NCBI GenBank assembly: GCA_017391305.1
Contig: JAFOZC010000067.1
Span: 1-40,366, forward strand
DNA length: 40,366 nt
DNA from: Oscillospiraceae bacterium
GTDB lineage: Bacteria; Bacillota; Clostridia; Oscillospirales; Oscillospiraceae
Reading direction: 5' to 3'
The translations under genes and the position numbers were made by a program. Within the stretch, counting starts at the first letter, position 1. Each line of letters starts with the position of its first letter. Under the pieces are notes generated by a model. It worked only from the letters and a program-made list of their open reading frames with translations, was not told the origin of the DNA and did not search any database. Of this stretch, positions 27,257-35,827 are shown piece after piece.

Positions 27257-28048
27257 ATGAAATTAGGATGGAAGCCACTGGTTCTCCTTTTGATCCTTGG
27301 GGTTTTGGCAGCTTGTGTGTTACGGCACAGAGGCAGAGAGCCTGAGCTGCTGGAAACCGCCTCCTGGGGTCTGAGCTTTCCCAAGGAAGGGATGCCCTCT
27401 GTGGGCAATGTGAGCAATGATAAGCTGAGAGAATACGGAGGGGTCTATCTGGGAAATACCGAAGAGAAGAGGATCTATCTGACCTTTGATGCAGGCTATG
27501 AAAACGGTGTGACGGAGAAAATTCTGGATACCCTGCAAAGCCATGAGGTGACGGGAGCATTTTTCCTTGTGGGAAATTATTTGGAGCAGAATCAACAGCT
27601 GGTCCGACGTATGGTAGAGCAGGGGCATACCGTAGGCAATCATACCTACCATCACTACGATATGTCCAAAATCAGCGACAAGGCAAATTTTCAAAAGGAA
27701 CTAACAGCTTTGGAGGAGCTGTACAAGCAAGTTACCGGGAAGGAAATGGAGAAATATTACCGCCCACCTCAGGGCTGTTATTCTGAGGAAAATCTGAAAA
27801 TGGCACAGGAAATGGGCTACCATACGGTATTCTGGAGTCTGGCCTATGTGGATTGGATCAACGACAAGCAACCGAGCAAGGAGCAAGCCTTCGCTAAGCT
27901 CCTTCCCCGTATCCACAACGGTGCGGTCGTTCTCCTCCACAGCACGTCTCAAACCAACGGGGAGATCTTAGACGAGCTTCTGACCCAATGGAAATCCCAA
28001 GGCTATAGCTTCGGCAACATAGAGGAGCTCTTCAAAACAGAACGATAA
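27257..28048 (+). CDS. pdaA: Polysaccharide deacetylase, PdaA (delta-lactam biosynthetic de-N-acetylase) like
   Basis: IYLTFDAGYENG, GNHTYHH, YYRPPQG, VFWSLAYVDW and VLLH motifs; N-terminal hydrophobic segment. Start chosen from GAGGTG spacing (27248/27251 possible). Confidence 0.82.
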   Translation: MKLGWKPLVLLLILGVLAACVLRHRGREPELLETASWGLSFPKEGMPSVGNVSNDKLREYGGVYLGNTEEKRIYLTFDAGYENGVTEKILDTLQSHEVTGAFFLVGNYLEQNQQLVRRMVEQGHTVGNHTYHHYDMSKISDKANFQKELTALEELYKQVTGKEMEKYYRPPQGCYSEENLKMAQEMGYHTVFWSLAYVDWINDKQPSKEQAFAKLLPRIHNGAVVLLHSTSQTNGEILDELLTQWKSQGYSFGNIEELFKTER

Positions 28049-28390
28049 ACCGCAATTTATCGCTCTGTCTACCGATGCCCACCGCACCCCTTGCTTTCCC
28101 ACCGTCCATCGACACTCACCAAGCCCTTGGCTCTCCCGACCGGAGAGCTGGCGCGAAGCGCCTGAGAGGGCTCACTGCACCGATTCCACCTACAAACTAC
28201 CCATAGAACCACTGCAGCAATTCCACCTACAAACTACCCATAGAACCACTGCAGCAATTCCTCTCATGAACTGCATTCTTATACAAACTGTCTGCACAAT
28301 CCCTCTCCCCCTCCCTTCGGGAGGTACCTCTCCCGGAGGGAGAGGCAAGGGCTGTGAGCAAACTTAAAACCGAACGATAAACCGAAAATT
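28038..28390 (-). repeat. Mosaic palindromic intergenic repeat, copy C (inverted) with internal 37-bp tandem duplication
   Basis: Reverse complement of copies A and B. ATTCCACCTACAAACTACCCATAGAACCACTGCAGCA occurs twice (28183-28219, 28220-28256). Confidence 0.9.
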
Positions 28391-28421
28391 GTGTGTTTTG
28401 GGCTTTGGGTAAGGAATAGAG

Positions 28422-28458
28422 AAAAGGGGCTGTTTCAGGGAAGTGCCTGAAACAGCCC
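28422..28458 (-). terminator. Terminator for the large MBL-fold gene
   Basis: GGGCTGTTTCAGG/CCTGAAACAGCCC stem with a T run on the minus strand, just past the stop at 28466. Confidence 0.7.
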
Positions 28459-28465
28459 TTGGAGC

Positions 28466-31400
28466 TTATTGGGGGAAATATGCGTTGGCGGCTTGGTTGT
28501 AGAGATACATGGCGGCGGCGACATCTTGGAGCTCACGATCATGGAGACCCTTGGCATTTTCGATAACGGAGGCACAGTAGGATAAGGGGGAATAGGAGAC
28601 CTCGGCGCTTTCCGTTCCGTCATGGATGGTCAGGGTGAAGTATTCGTCTAAGTCTTTAGCGCCGATGTCGGGAATATCCGCAAAGTAGCGGTCGGAGCGG
28701 ATGCCCAAGGGAAGGGTCTGCCCCTGATAGGTGACGGTGAAGCGATCCGTGACACTGCTATCCACATGGAAGAAAATGCGCAAAGTCGTTTCGGAGGTCA
28801 GGAGGAGGGAAGCCCCTGTGTAGCTTGCAAGGGTCGTTCCTTGCTTGGGATTGACAGGGAAGCCCTCAACGGTGACTTGGGTGTAGTCGGGAACAGCCTG
28901 TCCTGCATTGGCCAAGCGCTCTGTGTGGTACTGGAAGTGGATCTGGGAGGCTGCACCGTAGTTCAGCATTGCGCAGATCAGGTCACGGAGCTTTGAGGAA
29001 GTACTGCTTGTCAGGATGCGGTCTGCATAGGTTTTGACGGAATAGGTATAGGGCTCTGTTTGTCCACCGCTCCAGAAAAACCGACAAAGCACGGTGTCGG
29101 TCATTTCCTTAGCGGTAACGGCACAGGAGAAGGAATAGTAATATGCCCCCTGATACAGGGTGCGCTCGCCTTGGGTTGCGGGAACTTTGATTTGATCGCC
29201 GTTTTCCATAGTAAAGAGCATATAGGCATTCTCATCTGCGGCTACCTCATCGGATAGATCCATATAGTAGTTGATGGCAATATTGCCCTTTAGACTAAGG
29301 GTGCGGAAACAGAGAGCGGCCTCCTTGATGCGAGCGGTGCAAAGGTCGCAACGGTTGTCTGCAGGGGAGGTGTCGGTGTGACCCTTGGCAGATGTATAGT
29401 TATCCTCATAGGTATGGGAGCAACGGGAGCAGGTGTAGGTGGTGTGACCCTGTGCAGTACAGGTCGGTGGGGTGATATAGGTGGTATAGCTGTGGGGACT
29501 TCCGGCAAAGCTTGCATAGACGGTCAGATCATCAGTGATCCGTTCCAGATCGGCTGTCTCACCGGAAATGGTCTTCCACCCGACAAAGCTGTAGTGGTTT
29601 TGCGTATCATATGCTTTTACAGGAAGGCTACCTGTGAAGTATGCGGCACTTCCTCGGGAAACTTGCATGCTTTCCAGAAGCGATCCGTCTTCGTTGCGGA
29701 AGTCCACAGTGAAGAGTCCCTCAGGCATATTGCTCTTAGGGCCGATATAAATATAGTCTATGAGCACCTCGGCAGGGATGTCTACCTCCTTTGCGGTGAA
29801 GTTGTGGAAGCCCAAACAAATGCCGCCGATATTTCCTGCCTTGGAAAAGGTGCTTGTGGGGAAACCGGCAACAGAGGCATTGGCATCGATCTCCTCTTGG
29901 CTATACAGATCCATTGTAATCGTCGTGTACTGTCCGTCAGAGACGAAGCTGCTTCCCATATAATGGGCTTTGTCATAGGTTTTTACGAAACTGCTTCCAT
30001 CGGATTTGTAATACCAGAGGCGGAGGAAGGGATCTGCGGAGCTGACAGCCTTCATATTGCTCATTTTCAGGCGGATCTGCAGAACTTGGGCATGTTGGGG
30101 ATCGTATTTCAGAGGTGTGTTTCCACCGGCATAGGTTTCGACCAAGAGAGCGTTTCTACTGTTTGACCAATTGGTGGGGCTGAGCTTCATGGTGCCGTCT
30201 GTGGTATTGACCTCAAGGGGATGGGCTACGGTAGTGTTTGTTGTAGCATCGTAGAACGATGCCTTCCAGCGTCTTGCACCGTCAAAGTTGAAGCCACCGT
30301 ACACAGACTCCTCCTGGTAGCGCTCCTGATCGGAGGGGAGATTGTCAAAGGAGAAGAATAGCTGCTCTGCCTTTTCCTCCTCTTTGACATGGACAGACAC
30401 AGAGCCCAGATCCTGCACAGCTCCGTTGGCATTTTTGTAGCGTATGGACAGACTGTAATCTCCGATCCGTTGGGACTCGTAGGCAGGGGAGATATCCAGC
30501 CAATATGTACTCGGTTTTTGAATTCCATAAGCATCGTAAGGGATGAGACCCTCTGTGCCGAAGGAGACCATGCGGTAGCTTACCTGCAGATCCCCTGCGA
30601 TCAGACTGATCAGATCAGCTTGGGAAATTCCCACAGTGACAGTGTAATCCTTGTGTCCTGTCCAGAATAGGTTCATTTGGGAGGGAGTCCCTTCGTAGGC
30701 ATAGAGGCAGGTTTTGAGATAGTCTAATTTCGCATTGGTATCCGTTTTGCTCAGCTCCGTCACACCCCAGCCGTCATCGGTGGCTACAGAGGCATCTCGG
30801 TAGAGGGGATAGTAAGTTCCCTTGTAATGGCGGTAGATCAGGAAGCTGCCGTCCTTCAGGGCATCGATCCAAGTACCCGTAGCAAGACTCTCGAACTGTT
30901 GAGAGCCTGAGGCCCAGGTATCGTACATGCCTGTGGCGGTGAAGGTGTCGTTCTTGCCGAGGACCATTCCCGTGGGATAGTTGGGAGTACCCCAGTAATC
31001 GCCACTGCCTTTTTGAATGGGAGTTCCGCCGTAGTAGGTCTTCACTCCGTCTACGGCGGCGCTGGCGTGGGTCTGGAAGTTGGTGTAGCGGATAAGCCAG
31101 TTGACCGACTTCCGCTGAGAGGCGGCAAAATAGTAGCTGCCCTTATGGAACAGACCGGTATAATTACTGCCGACCTTTCCTGTACCGGCGTCATAGGCAA
31201 GGACTCGATCCAGCTTATGATCTGCGATAACATAGGCGCGGTCATCTGTGGTCAGGGCGCGGACCTTGCTGTAGCGGTAATACTCTTCTGAGGCGGCCGT
31301 AGGGACGGAGGTGTAGGGGTGCTCTTTTTCTACCGAATAGGTTTTGGAGCTCCAACCTAAGTAATCTGTGGGAGTAAAGGCCTCTCGGTAGAAGATGCCT

Positions 31401-32758
31401 GCACTTGCCTTGTAGCCTACGGTTTCTGTACCTGCCCAGAATAGCTGTCCGCAGTAGGCTTTCCAGGAAGCGTGGTTTGCATACACATTCAATCGCGCCC
31501 GTGCTGTTTCGACCTGATTGATGAAGGAGACGGTGGGAGCTACGGTTTTGACCAGATTCACATGATAGTCTGCTCCGTGGTGAGGAATTTGGAGAATGTC
31601 ACTTTTCAGGGCGGAAGCAGGGTGCATGTCTAACAGAATGGCCTCCGCCTTCTGCAGATCACCCGTAAGCATCAGCTTTTTTCCGTCAAAGCTGACAGAC
31701 AGAACGGTGGAGCTGTTATTCTCATTGGGATAATCGGTACAGGAGCTGTCATTCAGCAGGAGCTTGTTGCTGCTGTTGGGCTTATAGCGATCCTCTGTGG
31801 TATAGAGAACCTCAAACTGCACCCCTGCAATAGAGAAGGTATCACCGGTGTGGGGCTTATAGAATTTTGCTTCGGGGTAAAGCCTGCTGACAATACGGAT
31901 ATAAGAACGGGAGGAGTTGAGCACCTCAAAATTGTACATGATATTCTTGACAAGGAAGGAATCGTTATAGAGGGATATGAAACGGGGGAAGCCCTCATAA
32001 TGATCTGCATGGCCGTGGCTGATGAACCAGGAGCTGATGATCATACGCTCTGTCTCGGGGACACCTGTGATCTGCCGACAGAAGCGATAGAGCTTTTCCG
32101 CATCCCGATCCCCCATGTGCTCCAAACCGCCGCCATCTACAATGAAGAGGCTGTTATCCGGCATTTTCAGGACAAACATTGAGCCTGCGCCGTTCCGCCG
32201 CTGGGAGGTGTTCGGGTTCTCTCCTGCGGCATAACAGTCATCGGGATAGCTCAGAGAGTACATATATACCTCTGTTTCGCCGTCTCCCGTGCCGCTGTAG
32301 GAGAAACGGCGGAGGGTATCCGGGTGGGTATCCACGATCAGGCGAGTCTGGTTGCTGTGTGGGGTATAGTAGGCATAAATCACATAGTCTTCCTCGGGGG
32401 AAAGATACCGCAGATAACGGTTCTTATCGCTTTTGGCATCGGCAACTCTGGAATATAAACGGGTATAGCCCTTGGCCAAAAGCCCCTTGCAATAGGTTAA
32501 GTATTCTGTAGCATTGGTGTTGCTGATGATCTGCATCTTGGATTCATAGGGCTCATCCTGCCAGGTCATGGCCTGTCCGCCATCATAGACCATCCAGGTA
32601 GAGGCGGTGCCTCCGGAGTAGGTCGGAATGGAAATGCTACTGACGGAGGGGGCGCGGAGAGGAGGTGTGTTTTCCGCCCTTTGCCCAAAGACAGGGGAGA
32701 GAAGACTCAGAAGCAAGAGAGGGAGAAGCAGAACTGTGAGAATTGTTTTGTGTTTCAT
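28466..32758 (-). CDS. Large secreted ComEC/Pce-like metallo-beta-lactamase-fold hydrolase, ~1430 aa
   Basis: ATG 32758 with RBS GGAGG and signal peptide MKHKTILTVLLLPLLLLSLLSPVFG. Motifs IVDGG, ISHGHADH, NENNSSTVL, LMLTGD and DILQIPHHG. InlB B-repeat-like segment, Cys/His motif and duplicated C-terminal module. Confidence 0.8.
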   Translation of the reverse strand: MKHKTILTVLLLPLLLLSLLSPVFGQRAENTPPLRAPSVSSISIPTYSGGTASTWMVYDGGQAMTWQDEPYESKMQIISNTNATEYLTYCKGLLAKGYTRLYSRVADAKSDKNRYLRYLSPEEDYVIYAYYTPHSNQTRLIVDTHPDTLRRFSYSGTGDGETEVYMYSLSYPDDCYAAGENPNTSQRRNGAGSMFVLKMPDNSLFIVDGGGLEHMGDRDAEKLYRFCRQITGVPETERMIISSWFISHGHADHYEGFPRFISLYNDSFLVKNIMYNFEVLNSSRSYIRIVSRLYPEAKFYKPHTGDTFSIAGVQFEVLYTTEDRYKPNSSNKLLLNDSSCTDYPNENNSSTVLSVSFDGKKLMLTGDLQKAEAILLDMHPASALKSDILQIPHHGADYHVNLVKTVAPTVSFINQVETARARLNVYANHASWKAYCGQLFWAGTETVGYKASAGIFYREAFTPTDYLGWSSKTYSVEKEHPYTSVPTAASEEYYRYSKVRALTTDDRAYVIADHKLDRVLAYDAGTGKVGSNYTGLFHKGSYYFAASQRKSVNWLIRYTNFQTHASAAVDGVKTYYGGTPIQKGSGDYWGTPNYPTGMVLGKNDTFTATGMYDTWASGSQQFESLATGTWIDALKDGSFLIYRHYKGTYYPLYRDASVATDDGWGVTELSKTDTNAKLDYLKTCLYAYEGTPSQMNLFWTGHKDYTVTVGISQADLISLIAGDLQVSYRMVSFGTEGLIPYDAYGIQKPSTYWLDISPAYESQRIGDYSLSIRYKNANGAVQDLGSVSVHVKEEEKAEQLFFSFDNLPSDQERYQEESVYGGFNFDGARRWKASFYDATTNTTVAHPLEVNTTDGTMKLSPTNWSNSRNALLVETYAGGNTPLKYDPQHAQVLQIRLKMSNMKAVSSADPFLRLWYYKSDGSSFVKTYDKAHYMGSSFVSDGQYTTITMDLYSQEEIDANASVAGFPTSTFSKAGNIGGICLGFHNFTAKEVDIPAEVLIDYIYIGPKSNMPEGLFTVDFRNEDGSLLESMQVSRGSAAYFTGSLPVKAYDTQNHYSFVGWKTISGETADLERITDDLTVYASFAGSPHSYTTYITPPTCTAQGHTTYTCSRCSHTYEDNYTSAKGHTDTSPADNRCDLCTARIKEAALCFRTLSLKGNIAINYYMDLSDEVAADENAYMLFTMENGDQIKVPATQGERTLYQGAYYYSFSCAVTAKEMTDTVLCRFFWSGGQTEPYTYSVKTYADRILTSSTSSKLRDLICAMLNYGAASQIHFQYHTERLANAGQAVPDYTQVTVEGFPVNPKQGTTLASYTGASLLLTSETTLRIFFHVDSSVTDRFTVTYQGQTLPLGIRSDRYFADIPDIGAKDLDEYFTLTIHDGTESAEVSYSPLSYCASVIENAKGLHDRELQDVAAAMYLYNQAANAYFPQ

Positions 32759-32805
32759 AAAATGACCTCCTGAACATAAGAATGGGAAGCTCGGCTCTGT
32801 ATCAC

Positions 32806-32834
32806 ATTTTATCATACTTATTGCAGCTTGACAA
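32806..32834 (-). promoter_or_regulatory. Putative promoter of MBL-fold gene
   Basis: Minus strand TTGTCA-17 nt-TAAAAT. Confidence 0.55.
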
Positions 32835-32866
32835 GCCCTTTTGGGGAGGGAGAAGTCGGTTCGCCC

Positions 32867-32918
32867 TTGACAGAACGGGGCTTTTGTGATAGAGTAGGAG
32901 TGAGCGAAAATGAGCGGA
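32867..32918 (+). promoter_or_regulatory. Promoter of DeoR gene with operator-like direct repeat at the transcription start
   Basis: TTGACA-17 nt-TAGAGT, then AGTGAGCGAA-AATGAGCGGA (32899-32918). Confidence 0.65.
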
Positions 32919-32932
32919 TAGGGGCGGTTATT

Positions 32933-33712
32933 ATGACATATGCAGAACGGGAAAAGCTGATTCTGGAGTATTTGGAGAAGAAGGAGATCCTCTCCCTGAC
33001 CACAGCCTGTGAGCTGACGGGGGCTTCCGTTGCGACCATGCGGCGGGATTTTGACACCCTGCAGGAGAAGGCTCTTGCAGTGCGGAGTCATGGCAGTATC
33101 CGCTTGGCGCAGAAGCAGAGGAAGAGCTTCTTCGGAGGTACGGAAATCCTGGATGATACCGATTGGGAGAAGGATGCCATTGCCGCCGAGGCCGCCAAGT
33201 CTGTTATGCCGGGAGAGTCGATCTTTATCGGTACAGGGAAGACCTGCAATATGTTGGCGGCGCGTTTGGGCTCTGTGGAGCGCTTGACCGTGGTCACCAC
33301 CAGCATCACTGCGGTACTGGAGCTGGTGGAGAAGCCCAATGTACATCTGACCCTTCTGGGTGGGGATGTCCACACAGGGAAGAACTTCATCGAGACGATG
33401 GACAGCAACATTAGCCAGACCCTGCGTAGCTTCTATTTTGACAAGGTATTCATTACTATGGACGGCATCGACCCGGAACGGGGCTATACCGTACAGGACA
33501 AGACCAGAATTCCCCTGTACACCCAGTTATCCCGTATGACCCGTCGTCTTTATATTCTGGTCGATAGCAAGAAGTTTGATCACAGGGCCTTTGCCACGGT
33601 ATTCCCTCCGGACAAGACCTGTCGGATCATCACCACCAAAAAGCTTCCCCAGAAATATGCCTCCTACTATGGTCAGAGAGGGATCCCTTGCACTATGGTT
33701 GCAGTTGAATGA
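32933..33712 (+). CDS. DeoR/GlpR family transcriptional regulator
   Basis: ERE..IL.YL, HTH ASVATMRRDF..L, RSHG, EKDAIA..AA..V.PGESIFIGTG.T, LTVVTTS, LLGG, FDKVFI..DGI and LVDSKKF. Confidence 0.9.
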   Translation: MTYAEREKLILEYLEKKEILSLTTACELTGASVATMRRDFDTLQEKALAVRSHGSIRLAQKQRKSFFGGTEILDDTDWEKDAIAAEAAKSVMPGESIFIGTGKTCNMLAARLGSVERLTVVTTSITAVLELVEKPNVHLTLLGGDVHTGKNFIETMDSNISQTLRSFYFDKVFITMDGIDPERGYTVQDKTRIPLYTQLSRMTRRLYILVDSKKFDHRAFATVFPPDKTCRIITTKKLPQKYASYYGQRGIPCTMVAVE

Positions 33713-33727
33713 GCGAAAATGAGCGAA
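33708..33727 (+). promoter_or_regulatory. Operator-like direct repeat (AATGAGCGAA)x2, distal site
   Basis: Perfect 10-bp tandem overlapping the DeoR stop codon. Confidence 0.65.
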
Positions 33728-33858
33728 CTATAACACAGCAGTGCCGATATTTTTTGTCGGTGCTGCTGTTTTATTTTCAAATACCTTACAATGTAAACAA
33801 GATACATCCAATGCTTTTGTGGATTATAACGAAATTCTTTTGAGTTTTTTTGTGGCTA

Positions 33859-33934
33859 TTGACTTTTCCCTTGTTTTGTGGGATGATATGGGAGATGAAG
33901 TAGTACATTTTCGCAATGAGCGAAAATGAGCGAA
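33859..33934 (+). promoter_or_regulatory. BMC operon promoter and proximal (AATGAGCGAA)x2 site
   Basis: TTGACT-17 nt-GATGAT with TG extension. Perfect tandem repeat at 33915-33934 just before the RBS. Confidence 0.62.
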
Positions 33935-33954
33935 ATTATATGGAGATTTTGACT

Positions 33955-35163
33955 ATGAAAAATCATGGAATTGTCGAATTATATCAGCCTCGGCACACCT
34001 TGATCGGCCGTGACGGCATCACCATGATCCCTCACTTCTTAGAGCGCCTCAGTGCAGACCGTGTTCTGGTGGTGACGGACAAGGGACTTATGAAAAGCGG
34101 CATTGCCGGTAAGGTCACCGCTGTTTTGGACGATGCCGGGATCAACTATGTGATCTATGACGGGGTAGAGCCCAATCCTGCGGTTCGGATCATTAACGAG
34201 GCCTTTTCCTTCTATCGGGAACAGCACTGCGGAGCGATCGTTGCTATCGGCGGCGGCAGTCCCATTGATGTGGCCAAGGCGGTCAGCATCCTCTCTGCCA
34301 ACGGTGGCAGGATTCAGGATTACAACGGTGTCAACAAGTCCAAGAAGCACGGCGCACCTATCATTGCCGTCAACACCACCGCAGGCACCGGCTCCGAGTG
34401 TACCAGAGCTTATGTTGTCACCGATGAGGAAGCCAAGAGCAAGATGCTCATGGTGGATACCAACTGTCTTTCTCATCTGGCACTCAATGACCCCATGCTT
34501 ATGGTAGGCATGCCTCCCTCTCTCACGGCGGCAACGGGCATCGATGCCCTGACCCATGCCATTGAGGCATATATTTGCAATACACACACTCCCTATACAG
34601 ATGCTTTGGCCTTGGAATCCATCCGCCTGATCTCTGCATCTCTCCGTGAGGCTGTCAGGGACGGCTCTAATATGGACGCCCGTACAGATATGTGCTGGGC
34701 TGAGTATATGGCAGGTCTGGCCTTCTCCAATGCCGGTTTGGGTCTGGTTCACGGCATCGCCCATCAGCTTGGGGGCTATTACAACATACCCCACGGCCTT
34801 GCCAATGCCATCATGCTTCCCAGAGTGCTGGAATTTAACCGCCCCTACTGCATGGGCAGATTGGCAGAGGTAGCACAGGCTATGGATGAGAAGGTGGACA
34901 ACCTCACCGTCGATGAGGCATCCAAATGTGCCATCGAAGCAGTTCGCCGCCTCATTAGGGATGTGAAGATCCCCTATCTCTGCGATACCAAGTTTGATAT
35001 GAAGGATCTGGACATCATTGCGGAGAATGCGCTGAAGGATACCGCAACTGCCACCAACGCCGTTCGTCCTACCTTGGATGATGTGAAGATCATTATTACC
35101 AAAACCTATTACGAAGGCCTGCTCCTGAAGGAGATGGCTCAAAAGGAGAAGAACAATGGATAA
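33955..35163 (+). CDS. Iron-containing alcohol dehydrogenase (EutG/PduQ/FucO-like)
   Basis: VLVVTD, VEPNP, IGGGSPIDVAK, NTTAGTGSE, DALTHAIEAY and GLVHGIAHQLGG..NIPHGLAN. RBS GGAG before ATG 33955. Confidence 0.93.
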   Translation: MKNHGIVELYQPRHTLIGRDGITMIPHFLERLSADRVLVVTDKGLMKSGIAGKVTAVLDDAGINYVIYDGVEPNPAVRIINEAFSFYREQHCGAIVAIGGGSPIDVAKAVSILSANGGRIQDYNGVNKSKKHGAPIIAVNTTAGTGSECTRAYVVTDEEAKSKMLMVDTNCLSHLALNDPMLMVGMPPSLTAATGIDALTHAIEAYICNTHTPYTDALALESIRLISASLREAVRDGSNMDARTDMCWAEYMAGLAFSNAGLGLVHGIAHQLGGYYNIPHGLANAIMLPRVLEFNRPYCMGRLAEVAQAMDEKVDNLTVDEASKCAIEAVRRLIRDVKIPYLCDTKFDMKDLDIIAENALKDTATATNAVRPTLDDVKIIITKTYYEGLLLKEMAQKEKNNG

Positions 35164-35794
35164 AGCAACCGTACAGCGGCAGGTGCAGCTCTCTGTTGCA
35201 GAGTCTGTGTTCCGGAAGGAAGGCAAGCTCTTTGTTCCTGTCGCCGCTTCCGCAAGACATGTTCATCTTTGTCATGCCGATGTAGAAAAGCTGTTTGGCC
35301 CCGGCTATGAGCTGCAGAAGTTCAAGGATCTGGTTCAGCCCGGTCAGTATGCCTGCAAGGAGCAGGTCACTGTGGTTGGCCCTAAGGGGAAGCTTGAGAG
35401 AGTCCGCGTTCTCGGACCGGAACGGAAGGATACCCAAGTGGAGGTCGCTGTGACCGATACCTTCGCCTTGGGCATCAAAGCTCCCATCCGTATGTCCGGC
35501 AAGGTGGCAGGCACTCCCGGCTGTACTTTGGTAGGGCCTTACGGCTCGGCAGAGGTTTCTCAGGGTGTCATCGTTGCCGCAAGACATCTCCATGTGTCCA
35601 AGGCACAGGCCGCTATGTTTGGTCTCAAGGACGGACAGTCTGTCAGCCTCCGCTCTGGCGGTGAGCGCTCCGTGATCTTTGAGAATGTGATCGTTCGTGC
35701 AGGTGACGGCCACGATTTAGAGGTTCACTTGGATACCGACGAGGCCAATGCCGCCGCTATGGCAGGCAGTCCCATGATGGAGGTCATTCGTTAA
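35156..35794 (+). CDS. pduL: BMC phosphotransacylase PduL
   Basis: SARHVHL, LVQPGQYA, RVLGPER..TQVEV, RMSG, VIVAARHLH, VHLDTDEANA. N-terminal extension. Confidence 0.93.
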   Translation: MDKATVQRQVQLSVAESVFRKEGKLFVPVAASARHVHLCHADVEKLFGPGYELQKFKDLVQPGQYACKEQVTVVGPKGKLERVRVLGPERKDTQVEVAVTDTFALGIKAPIRMSGKVAGTPGCTLVGPYGSAEVSQGVIVAARHLHVSKAQAAMFGLKDGQSVSLRSGGERSVIFENVIVRAGDGHDLEVHLDTDEANAAAMAGSPMMEVIR

Positions 35795-35827
35795 TTATAC
35801 TATTTTTATTGTGTAAGAGGTTTAGTT

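Noticed and set aside
28183-28261. 37-bp direct repeats as a CRISPR array
   Set aside because: Two adjacent units with no spacer, inside a dispersed repeat, and no cas genes.
32759-33373. 205-codon N-terminal extension of the large minus-strand ORF
   Set aside because: It overlaps the DeoR gene. A clear promoter, GGAGG RBS and signal peptide start at 32758.
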